From an uncultured Acidimicrobiia bacterium (lineage in GTDB: Bacteria; Actinomycetota; Acidimicrobiia; Spongiisociales; JAENVV01), in NCBI GenBank assembly GCA_964600365.1, contig CAZRJG010000004.1, forward strand, positions 7,487 through 71,486: a stretch of 64,000 nt of DNA, given 5' to 3'. Below the pieces are notes generated by a model. The model worked only from the letters and a program-made list of their open reading frames with translations, did no database searches and was not told the origin of the DNA. A program made the position numbers and the translations under genes. Below, in pieces: positions 1 to 10,074 of this stretch (position 1 is its first letter; each line of letters opens with the position of its first letter).

Positions 1-1
1 C

Positions 2-142
2 TTCCCGATGCCGATCGTCGACACGGAGGAGTTGCGCAGGAAGCGTGCCGACTTCGTCCAGCGCTTCGCCACGGTGCCGTACTACTTCATCCGGGCCGCG
101 ACACCACAGGAGTTGATGGACGAGGTCGATCGTGTGCTCTGA
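2..142 (+). CDS. 3' end of an upstream CDS, product unknown; translation ends ...FVQRFATVPYYFIRAATPQELMDEVDRVL*
   Basis: Open frame from the window edge with very high GC3 and a TGA at 140-142; no family recognised. Confidence 0.35.
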   Translation, partial: FPMPIVDTEELRRKRADFVQRFATVPYYFIRAATPQELMDEVDRVL

Positions 143-157
143 TCGGACGAGCCGCCC

Positions 158-1024
158 ATGAAGACCTTCGAGTACGTGCGACCAGAGACGGTGGACGAGG
201 CGGTGGGACTCCTCTCGGAGCACGGCACGGGCGCCCGTCTCTTGGCGGGTGGCACCGACCTCGTCATCGAGATGCGCAACCACTGGACCGAGCCGGACGT
301 CGTGATCGACCTCAAGCGCATCGCCGAGCTCCACTCCTCGATCACCGAGGAGGACGGGTGGATCCGGATCAGCGCCGGCACGTCGATGAGTGACATCACG
401 GGGGACCCCCGTATGCAGGAGCGATTCCCCGCCCTCGTCGAGGCCGCAGTGGTGGTTGGTTCCGTGCAGATCCGAACCAGGGCAACGCTGGCAGGGAACA
501 TCTGCAACGGGTCCCCGGCCGCCGACACTGCGCCACCCCTTCTCATCCACCGGGCCAGGGTCGCCATCGCCGGCCCCGACGGACGGCGCACCATCCCTCT
601 CGATGACTTCATCCTGGGGCCGGGGAAGGTCGCCCTCGCACTGGGCGAACTCGTCACGGGGATCGAACTCCCTCCCCTCGACCGGCCCATGGGCGCTGCC
701 TACACCAGGCTCACGAGGAGGCGGGGGACCGACCTCGCATCGATCACGCTCTGCTGCGGTGTCGAGGATGACGGTGTCACACGGTTCGCGTTCGGCAGCG
801 TGGGCCCCAGGGTGTTGCTGGCAGAGGACGCCACCGGGGAGCTCGCCAACCCGGACACACCGATCGAAGCAAAGGCGCCGCTGCTGGATGAGATGTTCGC
901 CGCGGCGACTCCATCACAGCGATCGCTGCGGGCGAGCCCCGCCTACCGGCTGGCGATGCTCCGCGTGCTCGGCGCAAGGGCCTTGGAGACCGCAATCTCT
1001 CGACTCGGGAAGGAGACGACATGA
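158..1024 (+). CDS. Molybdopterin-dehydrogenase FAD-binding (medium) subunit, CoxM/XdhB-like
   Basis: 288 aa; N-terminal FAD-binding region (LLAGGTDLV motif); ATGA overlap with the next gene. Confidence 0.85.
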   Translation: MKTFEYVRPETVDEAVGLLSEHGTGARLLAGGTDLVIEMRNHWTEPDVVIDLKRIAELHSSITEEDGWIRISAGTSMSDITGDPRMQERFPALVEAAVVVGSVQIRTRATLAGNICNGSPAADTAPPLLIHRARVAIAGPDGRRTIPLDDFILGPGKVALALGELVTGIELPPLDRPMGAAYTRLTRRRGTDLASITLCCGVEDDGVTRFAFGSVGPRVLLAEDATGELANPDTPIEAKAPLLDEMFAAATPSQRSLRASPAYRLAMLRVLGARALETAISRLGKETT

Positions 1025-1497
1025 GCACCTCGATGGTCATCGACGTGACGCTCAACGGCAAGCCGCGATCGTTCGAGGTGGCGGTCCATCGGACGCTCCT
1101 CGACGCGCTCCGCGATGAACTCGGGCTCACCGGCACGAAGGAGTGCTGTGTGGTGGGTGAGTGCGGGGCGTGCAGTGTGATCGTCGACGGACGACCGATG
1201 AACGCCTGCCTCATGCTCGCCGTGGAGGTGGATGGCTCGGAGGTGACGACGGTGGAGGGGCTCGCGCTCGACGATGGCCACCTCAGCCCCCTCCAGGAGG
1301 CCTTCCTCGATGCCGGCGCGGCCCAGTGTGGGTTCTGCATCCCGGGACAACTCATCTCGGCGCAGGCACTCCTCGACCAGGTCCCGGACCCGACGATCGA
1401 GGAGATCCAGGAGGCGATGGCCGGCAACCTCTGCCGGTGCGCGGGGTATGAACAGATCGCCGAGGCGGTGCGTGCCGCCGCGGAGATGGGCGCATGA
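1021..1497 (+). CDS. (2Fe-2S)-binding small subunit of the Mo-hydroxylase (CoxS/XdhC-iron-sulfur type)
   Basis: 158 aa with CxxGxCGACxV and C..C ferredoxin-like cysteine motifs (ECCVVGECGACSV; CGFC, CRCAGY). Confidence 0.9.
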   Translation: MSTSMVIDVTLNGKPRSFEVAVHRTLLDALRDELGLTGTKECCVVGECGACSVIVDGRPMNACLMLAVEVDGSEVTTVEGLALDDGHLSPLQEAFLDAGAAQCGFCIPGQLISAQALLDQVPDPTIEEIQEAMAGNLCRCAGYEQIAEAVRAAAEMGA

Positions 1498-3734
1498 GTA
1501 CAGAGGGAATCGGCTTCCAGGCTCGCCGCTTCGGCGGCATCGATCGGGTCACCGGGCACCAGGAGTACGTGGCCGACATCAAGCTCCAGGACGTGCTGCA
1601 CGTCAAGCTCGTCACACTGGACTGTGCTCGCGCCCGGATCATCTCGATCGACTCGGAGGAAGCAGAGCGGGTCCCCGGGGTCCGCCTCGTGCTCACGCCC
1701 GACCAGCTCCCCGACCCGATGCCACGGTTCGGCCCCCAGTACCAGGACAGGCCGGTGCTCGCCGTCGGCGAGGTGAAGTACCACGGGGACCCGGTGGCAG
1801 CGGTCGCAGCGGACACCCGGGAGGCAGCCGAGGAGGCGGCCCGGCTGGTTCGCGTCCAACACGAGGAGCTCCCCGCCGTGTTCTCGATCGAGGCCGCGCT
1901 CGCAGCGGATGCACCCCTCGTGCAGGATCCCTCCCTCCGCCCCGATGATCCCCTGGCAGAGACGAACATCCTCCGTGAGCGTGAGTTCGGATGGGGTGAC
2001 GTCGACGCGCAGGAGGCGGATGTCGTCATCGAGCACACGTACGCGTTCCCGATGGTGACCCACTTCGCCATCGAGCCACACGCCTTCATGGCCGCACCCG
2101 ACGGGGACGGCATCGAGGTGTGGAGCACGATCCAACACCCGTACCTCCTGCGGCGCATGCTTGCGGGGCTCCTCGACCTCCCGCTGTCCAAGGTGCGCGT
2201 GTACGCCCCTGACCCCGGTGGTGGCTTCGGCGGGAAGCAGAACCCGAAGTTCGAGCCCCTCGTCGCGTTCATCGCGATGCTGACCGGGCGTCCCGCCCGA
2301 CTCGTGTTGACTCTCGAGGAGTCGTTCCAGGCGGTGCGACGGTCGTCGGCGGAGATCCGCCTCCGCACCGGGTTCGCGAGTGACGGCACACTCGTGTTCG
2401 AGGACTTCGACAGCAACTTCCTCATCGGCGCCTATGTGGACATCGCCGACCGCGTCGTGACGAAGGGCAACTACGTCGCCGGCGGCCCGTACCGGGTGCC
2501 GGCAGTGCGCATCGTGAATCGTGGCATCCTCTCGCACACGACGCCGTCGACCGCATTCCGTGGCTTCGGCGCCCCGCAGGTCTCCTGGGCCCGGGAATCG
2601 AACCTCGACGAAGGAGCCAGGGCACTCGGAATCGACCCGCTCGAGATCCGCCTCCGCAACCTCGCGAAGAAGGGCGAGGTGTTCATCCCGGGCGAGACTC
2701 CCGCCGATGGCGACTGGGAGCAGACGGTCAGGCGAGCTGCCGAACTGATCGGGTGGGACGAGCCACGGGCGCCGGGACGCGGGCGCGGCATCGCCATTGC
2801 CATCAAGCCGGGTCCGACGACAGGGCTCTCCTACTCCACCGTGCGCCTCCTCGACGATGCGAGCGTGCTCGTGTTCGCCGGTACCTCCGACATGGGGCAG
2901 GGAGCACGGACCGTCTTCGCACAGATCGCGTCCCAGGAGCTGGGCGTGCCCCTCGATCGAATCCACATCGTCATGGGTGACACCTCCGTGGTCCCCTACG
3001 ACCAACAGACGTCGGCGAGCCGCTCCACGGTCCTCATGGGGACGGCGGTCTTCAACGCCTGCCAGGAGGTCAAGTCAAAGCTGGTGGAGCTCACCGCAGG
3101 CGCCTTCGGGGTCGAGGCGGAGGAGGTCATCCTGCGCGACGGCGTCGTCGATGTCGCCGGGCGAAAGGTGGAGATGCGCGAGGCGCTCGCCGCCGGCTTC
3201 GGCCCGCTGGGAGGCGAGCTCGTCGGCAACGGCGAGATGCGGAAGGACAAGGACTACAGCCATCCGCTCAGTGGCACGATTGCGTTCTTCGAGTTCGTGG
3301 CCACCGCCATCGAACTCGAGGTGGACCGGGGGACGGGTGAGATCACCATCACACGCCACGTGACGGTGGGTGACGTTGGTACCGCCATGAACCCGCGTCA
3401 GGTGCGGGGGCAGGATGAGGGTGCGGCGATCATGGGCCTCGGCCACACGCTCATGGAGCACTACATCTTCGACGACGAGGGGCGGGTGCGGAACCTCGGT
3501 GCGATCGACTACCGGATCCCGACGAGCATGGACCTCCCCCTCGAGATGGTGAGCGACAGCATCGAGAATGCCGACGGTCCGGGACCATATGGGATCAAGG
3601 GGATGAGTGAAGGAGGTCTCCTTGCGGTGTCCCCAGCCGTTGCGTCGGCCCTGGCGGATGCGACCGGCCTGGTGATCCGCGACCTCCCACTCACGCCCCA
3701 ACGCGTCTGGGAAGCGATGGTGGAGGCAGTATGA
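1494..3734 (+). CDS. Molybdopterin-binding large subunit, xanthine dehydrogenase/aldehyde oxidase family
   Basis: 746 aa. The AFRGFGAPQ motif is xanthine-dehydrogenase-family type, not the CODH AYRGAGR/VAYRCSFR type. Translationally coupled on both sides. Confidence 0.9.
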   Translation: MSTEGIGFQARRFGGIDRVTGHQEYVADIKLQDVLHVKLVTLDCARARIISIDSEEAERVPGVRLVLTPDQLPDPMPRFGPQYQDRPVLAVGEVKYHGDPVAAVAADTREAAEEAARLVRVQHEELPAVFSIEAALAADAPLVQDPSLRPDDPLAETNILREREFGWGDVDAQEADVVIEHTYAFPMVTHFAIEPHAFMAAPDGDGIEVWSTIQHPYLLRRMLAGLLDLPLSKVRVYAPDPGGGFGGKQNPKFEPLVAFIAMLTGRPARLVLTLEESFQAVRRSSAEIRLRTGFASDGTLVFEDFDSNFLIGAYVDIADRVVTKGNYVAGGPYRVPAVRIVNRGILSHTTPSTAFRGFGAPQVSWARESNLDEGARALGIDPLEIRLRNLAKKGEVFIPGETPADGDWEQTVRRAAELIGWDEPRAPGRGRGIAIAIKPGPTTGLSYSTVRLLDDASVLVFAGTSDMGQGARTVFAQIASQELGVPLDRIHIVMGDTSVVPYDQQTSASRSTVLMGTAVFNACQEVKSKLVELTAGAFGVEAEEVILRDGVVDVAGRKVEMREALAAGFGPLGGELVGNGEMRKDKDYSHPLSGTIAFFEFVATAIELEVDRGTGEITITRHVTVGDVGTAMNPRQVRGQDEGAAIMGLGHTLMEHYIFDDEGRVRNLGAIDYRIPTSMDLPLEMVSDSIENADGPGPYGIKGMSEGGLLAVSPAVASALADATGLVIRDLPLTPQRVWEAMVEAV

Positions 3735-4621
3735 GTGACTACGTGGAAGTCGGTCCCATTCGGGACATCCCGGCCGAACAGATGGTCGACGCAGCCCGGT
3801 TCGTGCAGCGGGGGAAGGGGTACTCCCTGGCGACGTCGAGGTTTCCGGGGATGCCGCTCTTCCCGGGGCATCCGCCCTTCCAAGTCCTGAACTTCCGTTC
3901 CCCCCCGGGCATCAAGGCCGAGGGGGCGCAACCGTGGGGACCACCCAACGAGGTGGGCCTCGGCTACATGGCCGAGTACCTCATGGCGACCTCGCACTCG
4001 GGCGCGCACGTCGATGCCCTCGCCCACATGACCATGGGCGATGACAACCACTGGTACGGGGGTGGGAACACCGCTGACCACCTCACCGATCAAGGCCCGA
4101 TCGTCGGTGACGCCTCGAAGCTCCCGTTCTTCTTCACGAGGGGGGTCCTGCTCGACGCGCCCGGCTTCCGCGGTGTGGAGGCGCTTCCCGCGGGCGCTCC
4201 GATTGACGCGGATGAGATGCAGGCGATCGCCGAGTGGGAGGGCGTCGAAGTGCGCCCCTGGGATGTGGTGCTGGTGCGGACCGGCTACCTCTCCTTCTGG
4301 CCCGACGCCGATCGCATGGCAGAGCACAAGACCGCAGGGCCTGATCTCTCCGCCGCCGAGTGGCTGCTCGAGCGGGGCGTCGTGGCGACCGGCACCGACA
4401 CGGAGACGTACGAAGTGCAGCCCGCCCCTGATCGGGGGACCCCGGCCAACCCACAACCGGTGCATGCGAAGCTGCTCATCGAGCACGGCGTCTACCTCCT
4501 CGAGAGCGTGTACCTCGAGGAGATCGCCCGGGACCGGGTGTATGAGTTCCTGTTCGTAGCGTTGCCCTTGAAGATCCGCGGAGCCACGGGGTCGATGATC
4601 GACCCGCTGGCCATGGTGTAG
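3731..4621 (+). CDS. Cyclase family protein (kynurenine formamidase-like metal hydrolase)
   Basis: 296 aa with HSGAHVDALAHM-type His motifs of the PF04199 cyclase fold; ATGA overlap with the large subunit. Confidence 0.7.
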   Translation: MSDYVEVGPIRDIPAEQMVDAARFVQRGKGYSLATSRFPGMPLFPGHPPFQVLNFRSPPGIKAEGAQPWGPPNEVGLGYMAEYLMATSHSGAHVDALAHMTMGDDNHWYGGGNTADHLTDQGPIVGDASKLPFFFTRGVLLDAPGFRGVEALPAGAPIDADEMQAIAEWEGVEVRPWDVVLVRTGYLSFWPDADRMAEHKTAGPDLSAAEWLLERGVVATGTDTETYEVQPAPDRGTPANPQPVHAKLLIEHGVYLLESVYLEEIARDRVYEFLFVALPLKIRGATGSMIDPLAMV

Positions 4622-4631
4622 GAGGTTGGAG

Positions 4632-5675
4632 ATGCGTGCCCTGGTTGTGACGGCACCAAACGAGTTCTCGATCGAGGACGTGGAGAAGCCGTCACCCGGC
4701 AGGAACGAGGTACTCGCGCGTGTTCGCGCCGTTACGATTTGCGGCACCGACGCGCACCTCCTTCGTGGTGACTACCCGGGCTTCTGGCCCCCGGGATGGC
4801 CGTTCATCCCCGGTCACGAGTGGGCCGGTGACATCGTCGAACTGGGGCCTGGCGCTGCGGAGCTCGGCTGGGCCGTCGGGGATCGGGTCGCCGGCACGTC
4901 CCACGATGCGTGTGGCTTCTGCCAGAAGTGCGTCGAGGGCCACTACAACGTGTGTGAGAACTACGGCAAGGAAGGACTCCACCGCCAGTACGGTCACAAC
5001 CATCAGGGAGCATTCGCCGAGTACGTCGTCCATGGAGGCAAGGCGATCTTCCACCTTCCCGATGAGCTCGACTATGCCACGGGGGCCACGATCGACCCGG
5101 CATCCATTGCACTCCACACCGCCAACAAGGGCGGGGTGCGGCCGGGCGACACCGTCGTGGTGTTCGGACCGGGCCCCGTCGGGCTCCTCGCAGCGGACTC
5201 TGCTCGCACCCGTGGCGCAGCGAGGGTGATCGTCGTCGGAAGGGGTGCCCGCCTCGAGCTCGCTGCGGAGATGGGCAACGAGGTCGTCGACTACTCGGTG
5301 GGCGACCCCGTGTCGACGGTGCGTGAGATGACCGCTGGGCTGGGGGCCGACGTCGTCCTCGACTGCGCCGGGGTACCGGACTCGTTCCGGTGGTCCCTCG
5401 CTGCCCTCCGCAAGGGTGGCCGGGCTGCCGCGGTGGGCATCCCGGTGAAAGGGGTCGAGCTCGACCTCCAGGACCTCGTCCTGTACGAGAAGGAACTTGT
5501 CGGCGTGCGGGCGACCGCTGGGGAGATGCGCCACGTCATCCCACTCGTCGCGGACGGCCGGATTCGGTCTGCCGACCTCATCACACACACGTTCTCACTC
5601 GAGGAGTTCGCCGAGGCGCTCGACACGTTCAACGAGCGTCGGGGCGGAGCGATGAAGGTCATCATCGAACCCTGA
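4632..5675 (+). CDS. Zn-dependent alcohol dehydrogenase (MDR family; sorbitol/threonine DH-like)
   Basis: CGTDAHL...GHEWAGDIVELG zinc-ligand motifs and Rossmann GPGPVG; GGAGG RBS upstream. Confidence 0.85.
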   Translation: MRALVVTAPNEFSIEDVEKPSPGRNEVLARVRAVTICGTDAHLLRGDYPGFWPPGWPFIPGHEWAGDIVELGPGAAELGWAVGDRVAGTSHDACGFCQKCVEGHYNVCENYGKEGLHRQYGHNHQGAFAEYVVHGGKAIFHLPDELDYATGATIDPASIALHTANKGGVRPGDTVVVFGPGPVGLLAADSARTRGAARVIVVGRGARLELAAEMGNEVVDYSVGDPVSTVREMTAGLGADVVLDCAGVPDSFRWSLAALRKGGRAAAVGIPVKGVELDLQDLVLYEKELVGVRATAGEMRHVIPLVADGRIRSADLITHTFSLEEFAEALDTFNERRGGAMKVIIEP

Positions 5676-5676
5676 G

Positions 5677-6168
5677 ATGGGGTATTCGATCCTCGTCCTC
5701 TGCACAGCCAATGTCGGACGCTCCCCGCTGGGGGAGGCCATCCTCCGCGCTCGTCTCGCAGAGGCCCTGGGAATCGGCCCGGGGGAACTGGAGGACCGTG
5801 GGATCGTCATTCGATCAGCCGGGACCCGGGCCTGGGAGGGCTGGCGGCCGTCCTCGCGGAGCGTTGCGGTGGCAGCGGAGTGGGGGATCGACCTCGGTGC
5901 GCAACGATCGACGCGGGTGACCGAGGAGTCGTTGGAGGGAGCTGATCGGGTGTTCTGCATGGATGCAGGGCACCTCGAGCAGATGGCGAAGCGGTTCCCT
6001 GCCTTCGCCGGGAAGGGCGAGTTGCTCGATCCGTCCGGAGCCGACATCCCGGACCCGAAGTTCAGGCGGCAGGCCTTCTTCGCCGACGTCCGCGATCGAA
6101 TCGCATCGGCGATCGACGCTCGACTCCCGGCCCTCCTCGAGGAACTGGGCGATGACGAACCCTCGTAG
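5677..6168 (+). CDS. Low-molecular-weight protein-tyrosine phosphatase / ArsC-like
   Basis: 163 aa; N-terminal CTANVGRS (CX5R) P-loop. Confidence 0.8.
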   Translation: MGYSILVLCTANVGRSPLGEAILRARLAEALGIGPGELEDRGIVIRSAGTRAWEGWRPSSRSVAVAAEWGIDLGAQRSTRVTEESLEGADRVFCMDAGHLEQMAKRFPAFAGKGELLDPSGADIPDPKFRRQAFFADVRDRIASAIDARLPALLEELGDDEPS

Positions 6169-6202
6169 GTGATCGACGTGGGCCGATGGGCCCGCATCGA
6201 AT

Positions 6203-7387
6203 TCAGGAGTTGCGCTGTGGGCGGAGCCGGGAGACGGTGAACATCGTCGCGGCAGACAGGACGAGTACCCCGGTGGTCGCCCACCATGCCGATTCGTAGG
6301 AGCGGGCGTCGACGAGAAGCCCGAACGCGAGAGGGCCGAGCCCAGCGCCCACGAGCTTGCCGGCCTGGGTCACCGCCGTGGCTGCCGCGGGCGAGTGTTC
6401 GTGGTCCCGTACGACTGCGAAGGTGAACAGCCCTGACCATCCCCAGCAGCCGACGAAGGCGATGAGTCCGCCCACGTAGAACGCGAGGAGCCCGTCGAGC
6501 GTGAGCAGCGCGATGCCCCCGGCACCGGCGAGGAGCAACGCGACCACAGCGGAGAGATCGGACCGGACCCTGCGGTCGATGGAGAACCCCGTGACGATCC
6601 GGGTGACGATCCCGGCGATGCTCCCTGCTGCGAGGACGAGCCCGGCGGTCCCCTCCGGGATGCCGATCTCCACCGCGTAGCTGACGATGAAGGAGGCAAG
6701 GGCATCGATCCCGCCGACGCCGAGGCCGACCGCGACCGCCAACATGAGCAAGAGCCGACGCTGCATGGGGCGTGGGGGAGCGGGCGCCTCGGGTGCGATC
6801 TCCCGCTCCCCGCCGGCCGGGGGTGCCGGGTGGGGGACCAGGAGGAGTGCGGTGACGCCGAGGAGTGCTCCGGCAACGAACGCCCAGCGCCACCCCATGG
6901 TGAGTGCGAGGGAGGGGACGGCGAGGCCTCCGAGCATCGTCGATGCCGGGACCGCGGCGTGCTTCACCCCGAACACGAAACCGCGGCGTTGGACGGGCGC
7001 GCAGCGCGCCACTGCCAGGTTGGAGGCGGGGTGAGCGAGCGCCGACGCCAGGCCTCCGATCCCGCACCACCAGAGGAGTGCCCAGGCAGAGTGCGCGAGG
7101 AGGGCGATCGCGGCCATCGCGACGCTCGCGAGGAGCGCCGCGATTCGCAGGGATGGTGCCCATCCGATGCGCTCGGCGAGGCGGCCGGCAGGCACGGAGG
7201 CAATGGCCGCCGAACCGAAGAAGACCCCGATCACGACGCCAAGGTCGCCCGGGGTGAGACCGAGGTCGTCATGGAGCCTGACGGCGAGGCTCGCCACCAG
7301 GAAGCCCGGCAGGATGCTGATGGCATCGATACCGGTTGCTGTCAGGACCGCCCGCCACGGGAGGGTGCGTGATGCGCCATCGGTCAC
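6203..7387 (-). CDS. MFS transporter
   Basis: 394 aa, about 12 predicted TM helices, MFS-like composition. Confidence 0.75.
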   Translation of the reverse strand: MTDGASRTLPWRAVLTATGIDAISILPGFLVASLAVRLHDDLGLTPGDLGVVIGVFFGSAAIASVPAGRLAERIGWAPSLRIAALLASVAMAAIALLAHSAWALLWWCGIGGLASALAHPASNLAVARCAPVQRRGFVFGVKHAAVPASTMLGGLAVPSLALTMGWRWAFVAGALLGVTALLLVPHPAPPAGGEREIAPEAPAPPRPMQRRLLLMLAVAVGLGVGGIDALASFIVSYAVEIGIPEGTAGLVLAAGSIAGIVTRIVTGFSIDRRVRSDLSAVVALLLAGAGGIALLTLDGLLAFYVGGLIAFVGCWGWSGLFTFAVVRDHEHSPAAATAVTQAGKLVGAGLGPLAFGLLVDARSYESAWWATTGVLVLSAATMFTVSRLRPQRNS

Positions 7388-7436
7388 GTCGGACAGGAGG
7401 ATTGCCGACCGACGGGCGGTCCCAACAGAAGGGCCC

Positions 7437-8288
7437 CTACGCGGTGAGCTTGTCGTACAGCGAGCCAGCGTTCCATTCGTTGATGTAGTCCATCATGTAC
7501 TCCTGGCCGATGTCCACCGGGTAGCGATCCTTGAAGTGGACGCGCTCCACGGTCTCCTCGCGGGACCAGCCCTGGGCGATCGCCGCTGCCACCGCCGTCT
7601 TCCACTCCATGAGCATGGAGCGTTGGACGTAGAGGTACTCCTTGGTGGTCACCGGACCGTGGCCGGGGATGACGTGGTCCACGTCGAGTTCCCGGAGCGT
7701 GTCGAGTGCGACCAGCCACTCGTCCACGTTGGAGGTCATCAGCCACGTCTGGCATTCACTGAAGATCGTGTCGCCGGTGAACACGGCGCGTTCCTCGGGA
7801 ACGTGCACGGCGACCTGGCCGGGGGTGTGCCCGGGGGTGTGGATGAGTTCGAAGGTGTGACCGCCCACCCGGATAGTGAGGTCGCCGGTGAAGACGAGCT
7901 GGCCCTTGTTGGGGTCGGCGTAGTACTCGTCCCTGTCGGGGAAGATCGCGACACCGTCCGGATCGTCCGTCGGGAGCGCCTCGGCGGCGTAGGCGAACGG
8001 GTCGAGCTCCGGGCCGACGACCATGAAGTTGTCGTACACGCCCTGGTGGTGGGCGACGATCCCCGCGCCCTTGAAGTAGTAGTTTCCGAAGATGTGGTCT
8101 ACGTGGTGCTCCGTGTTGATCACGTAGCGGATCGCGCCGTGCTCCTCGGCCTCCTTGCGCATCTGCACGGCCTTCGTGGGGAGCTGGGGCGTGTCGATGA
8201 CGACGACGCCGTCAGACGTGGTCACGTAGCTCGGGTTGCACCCCCGAACCCGCGTCTCCGTGAAGATGTTGGGTGTGACGTTCTCCAT
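7437..8288 (-). CDS. MBL-fold metallo-hydrolase
   Basis: Start MENVTPNIF with an AGGAGA RBS; EHHVDH metal motif. The ORF-track N-terminal extension is Arg-rich junk. Confidence 0.75.
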   Translation of the reverse strand: MENVTPNIFTETRVRGCNPSYVTTSDGVVVIDTPQLPTKAVQMRKEAEEHGAIRYVINTEHHVDHIFGNYYFKGAGIVAHHQGVYDNFMVVGPELDPFAYAAEALPTDDPDGVAIFPDRDEYYADPNKGQLVFTGDLTIRVGGHTFELIHTPGHTPGQVAVHVPEERAVFTGDTIFSECQTWLMTSNVDEWLVALDTLRELDVDHVIPGHGPVTTKEYLYVQRSMLMEWKTAVAAAIAQGWSREETVERVHFKDRYPVDIGQEYMMDYINEWNAGSLYDKLTA

Positions 8289-8308
8289 TGGTTTCTCCTG
8301 TGGGTCAG

Positions 8309-9094
8309 CTATTGGGTTGCGGTGAGGCCGCCGTCGATGGTCAGGATCTGCCCGGTGACGAACGCCGATGCGTGGGAGGCGAAGAGGAGCACGGGGCCGA
8401 GCAGGTCGACGGTCTCGCCAACGCGACCGATCGGGATCCGGTTCACAACCCCGGCCTTGAAGTCGGGATCCTCGAGGAGCATTGCCACCTGTGGCGTGTC
8501 GACGAAGGTCGGGGCGATGGCGTTCACGGTGATCCCGTGCTTGGCCCATTCGGTTGCCCACTGGCGGGTGAGGGAGTCGATGGCTCCCTTGGCCGCCACG
8601 TAGGCGGAGTAGCCGGCGTTGATGCCCAGCTGGCCCCGCACCGAGGAGATGTTGATCACCTTCCCGCCCTCACCCTGCTCGATCATCGCCCGCACCGCCG
8701 CCTGGGTCGGGAGGACCGTGCTGCGAACGTTGAGGTCGAAGATCCAGTCCCACTCCTTCTCGGGGTAGTCCTGGGCGTCGAAGAGCACGTTCCCCGCCCC
8801 ACCGCCGATGGCATTCAGGACGATGTCCACTCGTCCGAAGGCCTCGAGGGTCTCTGCGACGGCGCGGTCGGCATCGTCCTTCTTGGTCAGGTCGGCCTGG
8901 ACCGCGAGGACCTCGAGGCCCTCGGCGCGCATGGGAGCAGCCGCCCGCTCGAGGCCCTCGGCGTTGCGGCCGACGATCGCCACCCGGGCACCAGCCGTTG
9001 CGAGCCCCGCCGCGAGTGTCGAGCCGATGCCCCCACTTCCGCCGGGGATGATCGCGACCTTCCCGCTGAGGTCGAAGAGCTCGTCGTGGGTCAT
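8309..9094 (-). CDS. SDR family oxidoreductase
   Basis: GKVAIIPGGSGGIGS Rossmann motif; ATG at 9094 has an AAAGGA RBS; a GTG at 9121 overlapping the tktC stop is an alternative start. Confidence 0.8.
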   Translation of the reverse strand: MTHDELFDLSGKVAIIPGGSGGIGSTLAAGLATAGARVAIVGRNAEGLERAAAPMRAEGLEVLAVQADLTKKDDADRAVAETLEAFGRVDIVLNAIGGGAGNVLFDAQDYPEKEWDWIFDLNVRSTVLPTQAAVRAMIEQGEGGKVINISSVRGQLGINAGYSAYVAAKGAIDSLTRQWATEWAKHGITVNAIAPTFVDTPQVAMLLEDPDFKAGVVNRIPIGRVGETVDLLGPVLLFASHASAFVTGQILTIDGGLTATQ

Positions 9095-9117
9095 CGTTGT
9101 GTCCTTTCCATGGGTGC

Positions 9118-10074
9118 TCACCGGCTCCCCGCCCCTCGGACGAGATTGGCGATGGCCTCGGCCGTCTTGTCGACCGAGATGCCGTACTTCTCGAGAAGCG
9201 CGTCGTTGGGGCCCGATTCGCCGAATACGTCCTGCAGGCCGTGGCGCTTCATGGGCAGCGGGGCATGCTCGCCGAGGGTCTCGGCTACGGCGCCGCCGAG
9301 GCCGCCGACGATCGTGTGTTCCTCCGTCGTCAGGACGAGACCGGTTCGCTGGGCCTCGGTGACGATGGTCTCCACGTCGAGCGGCTTGATGGTTGGCACG
9401 TGCACGAGGTGCACGTCGATCCCGTCGGCAGCGAGCGAATCGGCGGCTTCGTACGCCCGTGCCGTCTGCGTGCCCGAGGAGAAGACGGTGATGTCGGAGC
9501 CCTCGCGCACGACGACGGCCTTGCCCACCTCGAAGCGGTAGTCGTCGCCGAAGACGATGGGCGAGTTGGGGCGCGTGAGGCGTACGTACACCGGACCCGG
9601 GTACTCGACGATCGCCTCGAGCGCCTGGCGGGTCTCGACCTCGTCCGCCGGTGCCACGATGGTCATGTTCGCCATCGATCGCATGATGGAGACATCATCG
9701 AACATCAGATGGGTCTTCCCCGTCATCCCGGCGAGCAGGCCGGCGTAGCCGCCCATGAGCTTCACGTCGAGCTTCGGTTGGGCGATGAGGACCCGGATCG
9801 AGTCGTGGGCCCGCGACACGATGAAGCACGAGAAGGTGCTCACAATCGGGGTGAGTCCGAGTGTGGCCATGCCGGCGGCCATGCCAAGCATGTTCTGCTC
9901 GGCGATTCCGGTCTGGAAGAAGCGTTCGGGGTGCTCCTTCTCGAAGAGATCGGTTCGGGTGGAACTTCCGGTGTCACCGTCGAGGACGACGATCTTGGGG
10001 TTCTTCCGTCCGAGCTCGGTGATGGTCTCGCCGAAGGCGACACGGAGTGGCTTGCCCTGCTCGAGGACGGTCAT
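9118..10074 (-). CDS. Transketolase, C-terminal (pyrimidine-binding) subunit
   Basis: 318 aa starting MTVLEQGKPLRVAFGETI; ATGA overlap with the N-terminal subunit gene. Confidence 0.85.
   Translation of the reverse strand: MTVLEQGKPLRVAFGETITELGRKNPKIVVLDGDTGSSTRTDLFEKEHPERFFQTGIAEQNMLGMAAGMATLGLTPIVSTFSCFIVSRAHDSIRVLIAQPKLDVKLMGGYAGLLAGMTGKTHLMFDDVSIMRSMANMTIVAPADEVETRQALEAIVEYPGPVYVRLTRPNSPIVFGDDYRFEVGKAVVVREGSDITVFSSGTQTARAYEAADSLAADGIDVHLVHVPTIKPLDVETIVTEAQRTGLVLTTEEHTIVGGLGGAVAETLGEHAPLPMKRHGLQDVFGESGPNDALLEKYGISVDKTAEAIANLVRGAGSR

Noticed and set aside
82-3005. Long minus-strand ORFs (82..690, 777..3005, 1352..2425) overlapping the Mo-hydroxylase genes
   Set aside because: Arg/Pro/Ser/Gly-rich low-complexity translations on the antisense strand of genes with clear homology. 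These are typical shadow ORFs of high-GC DNA.
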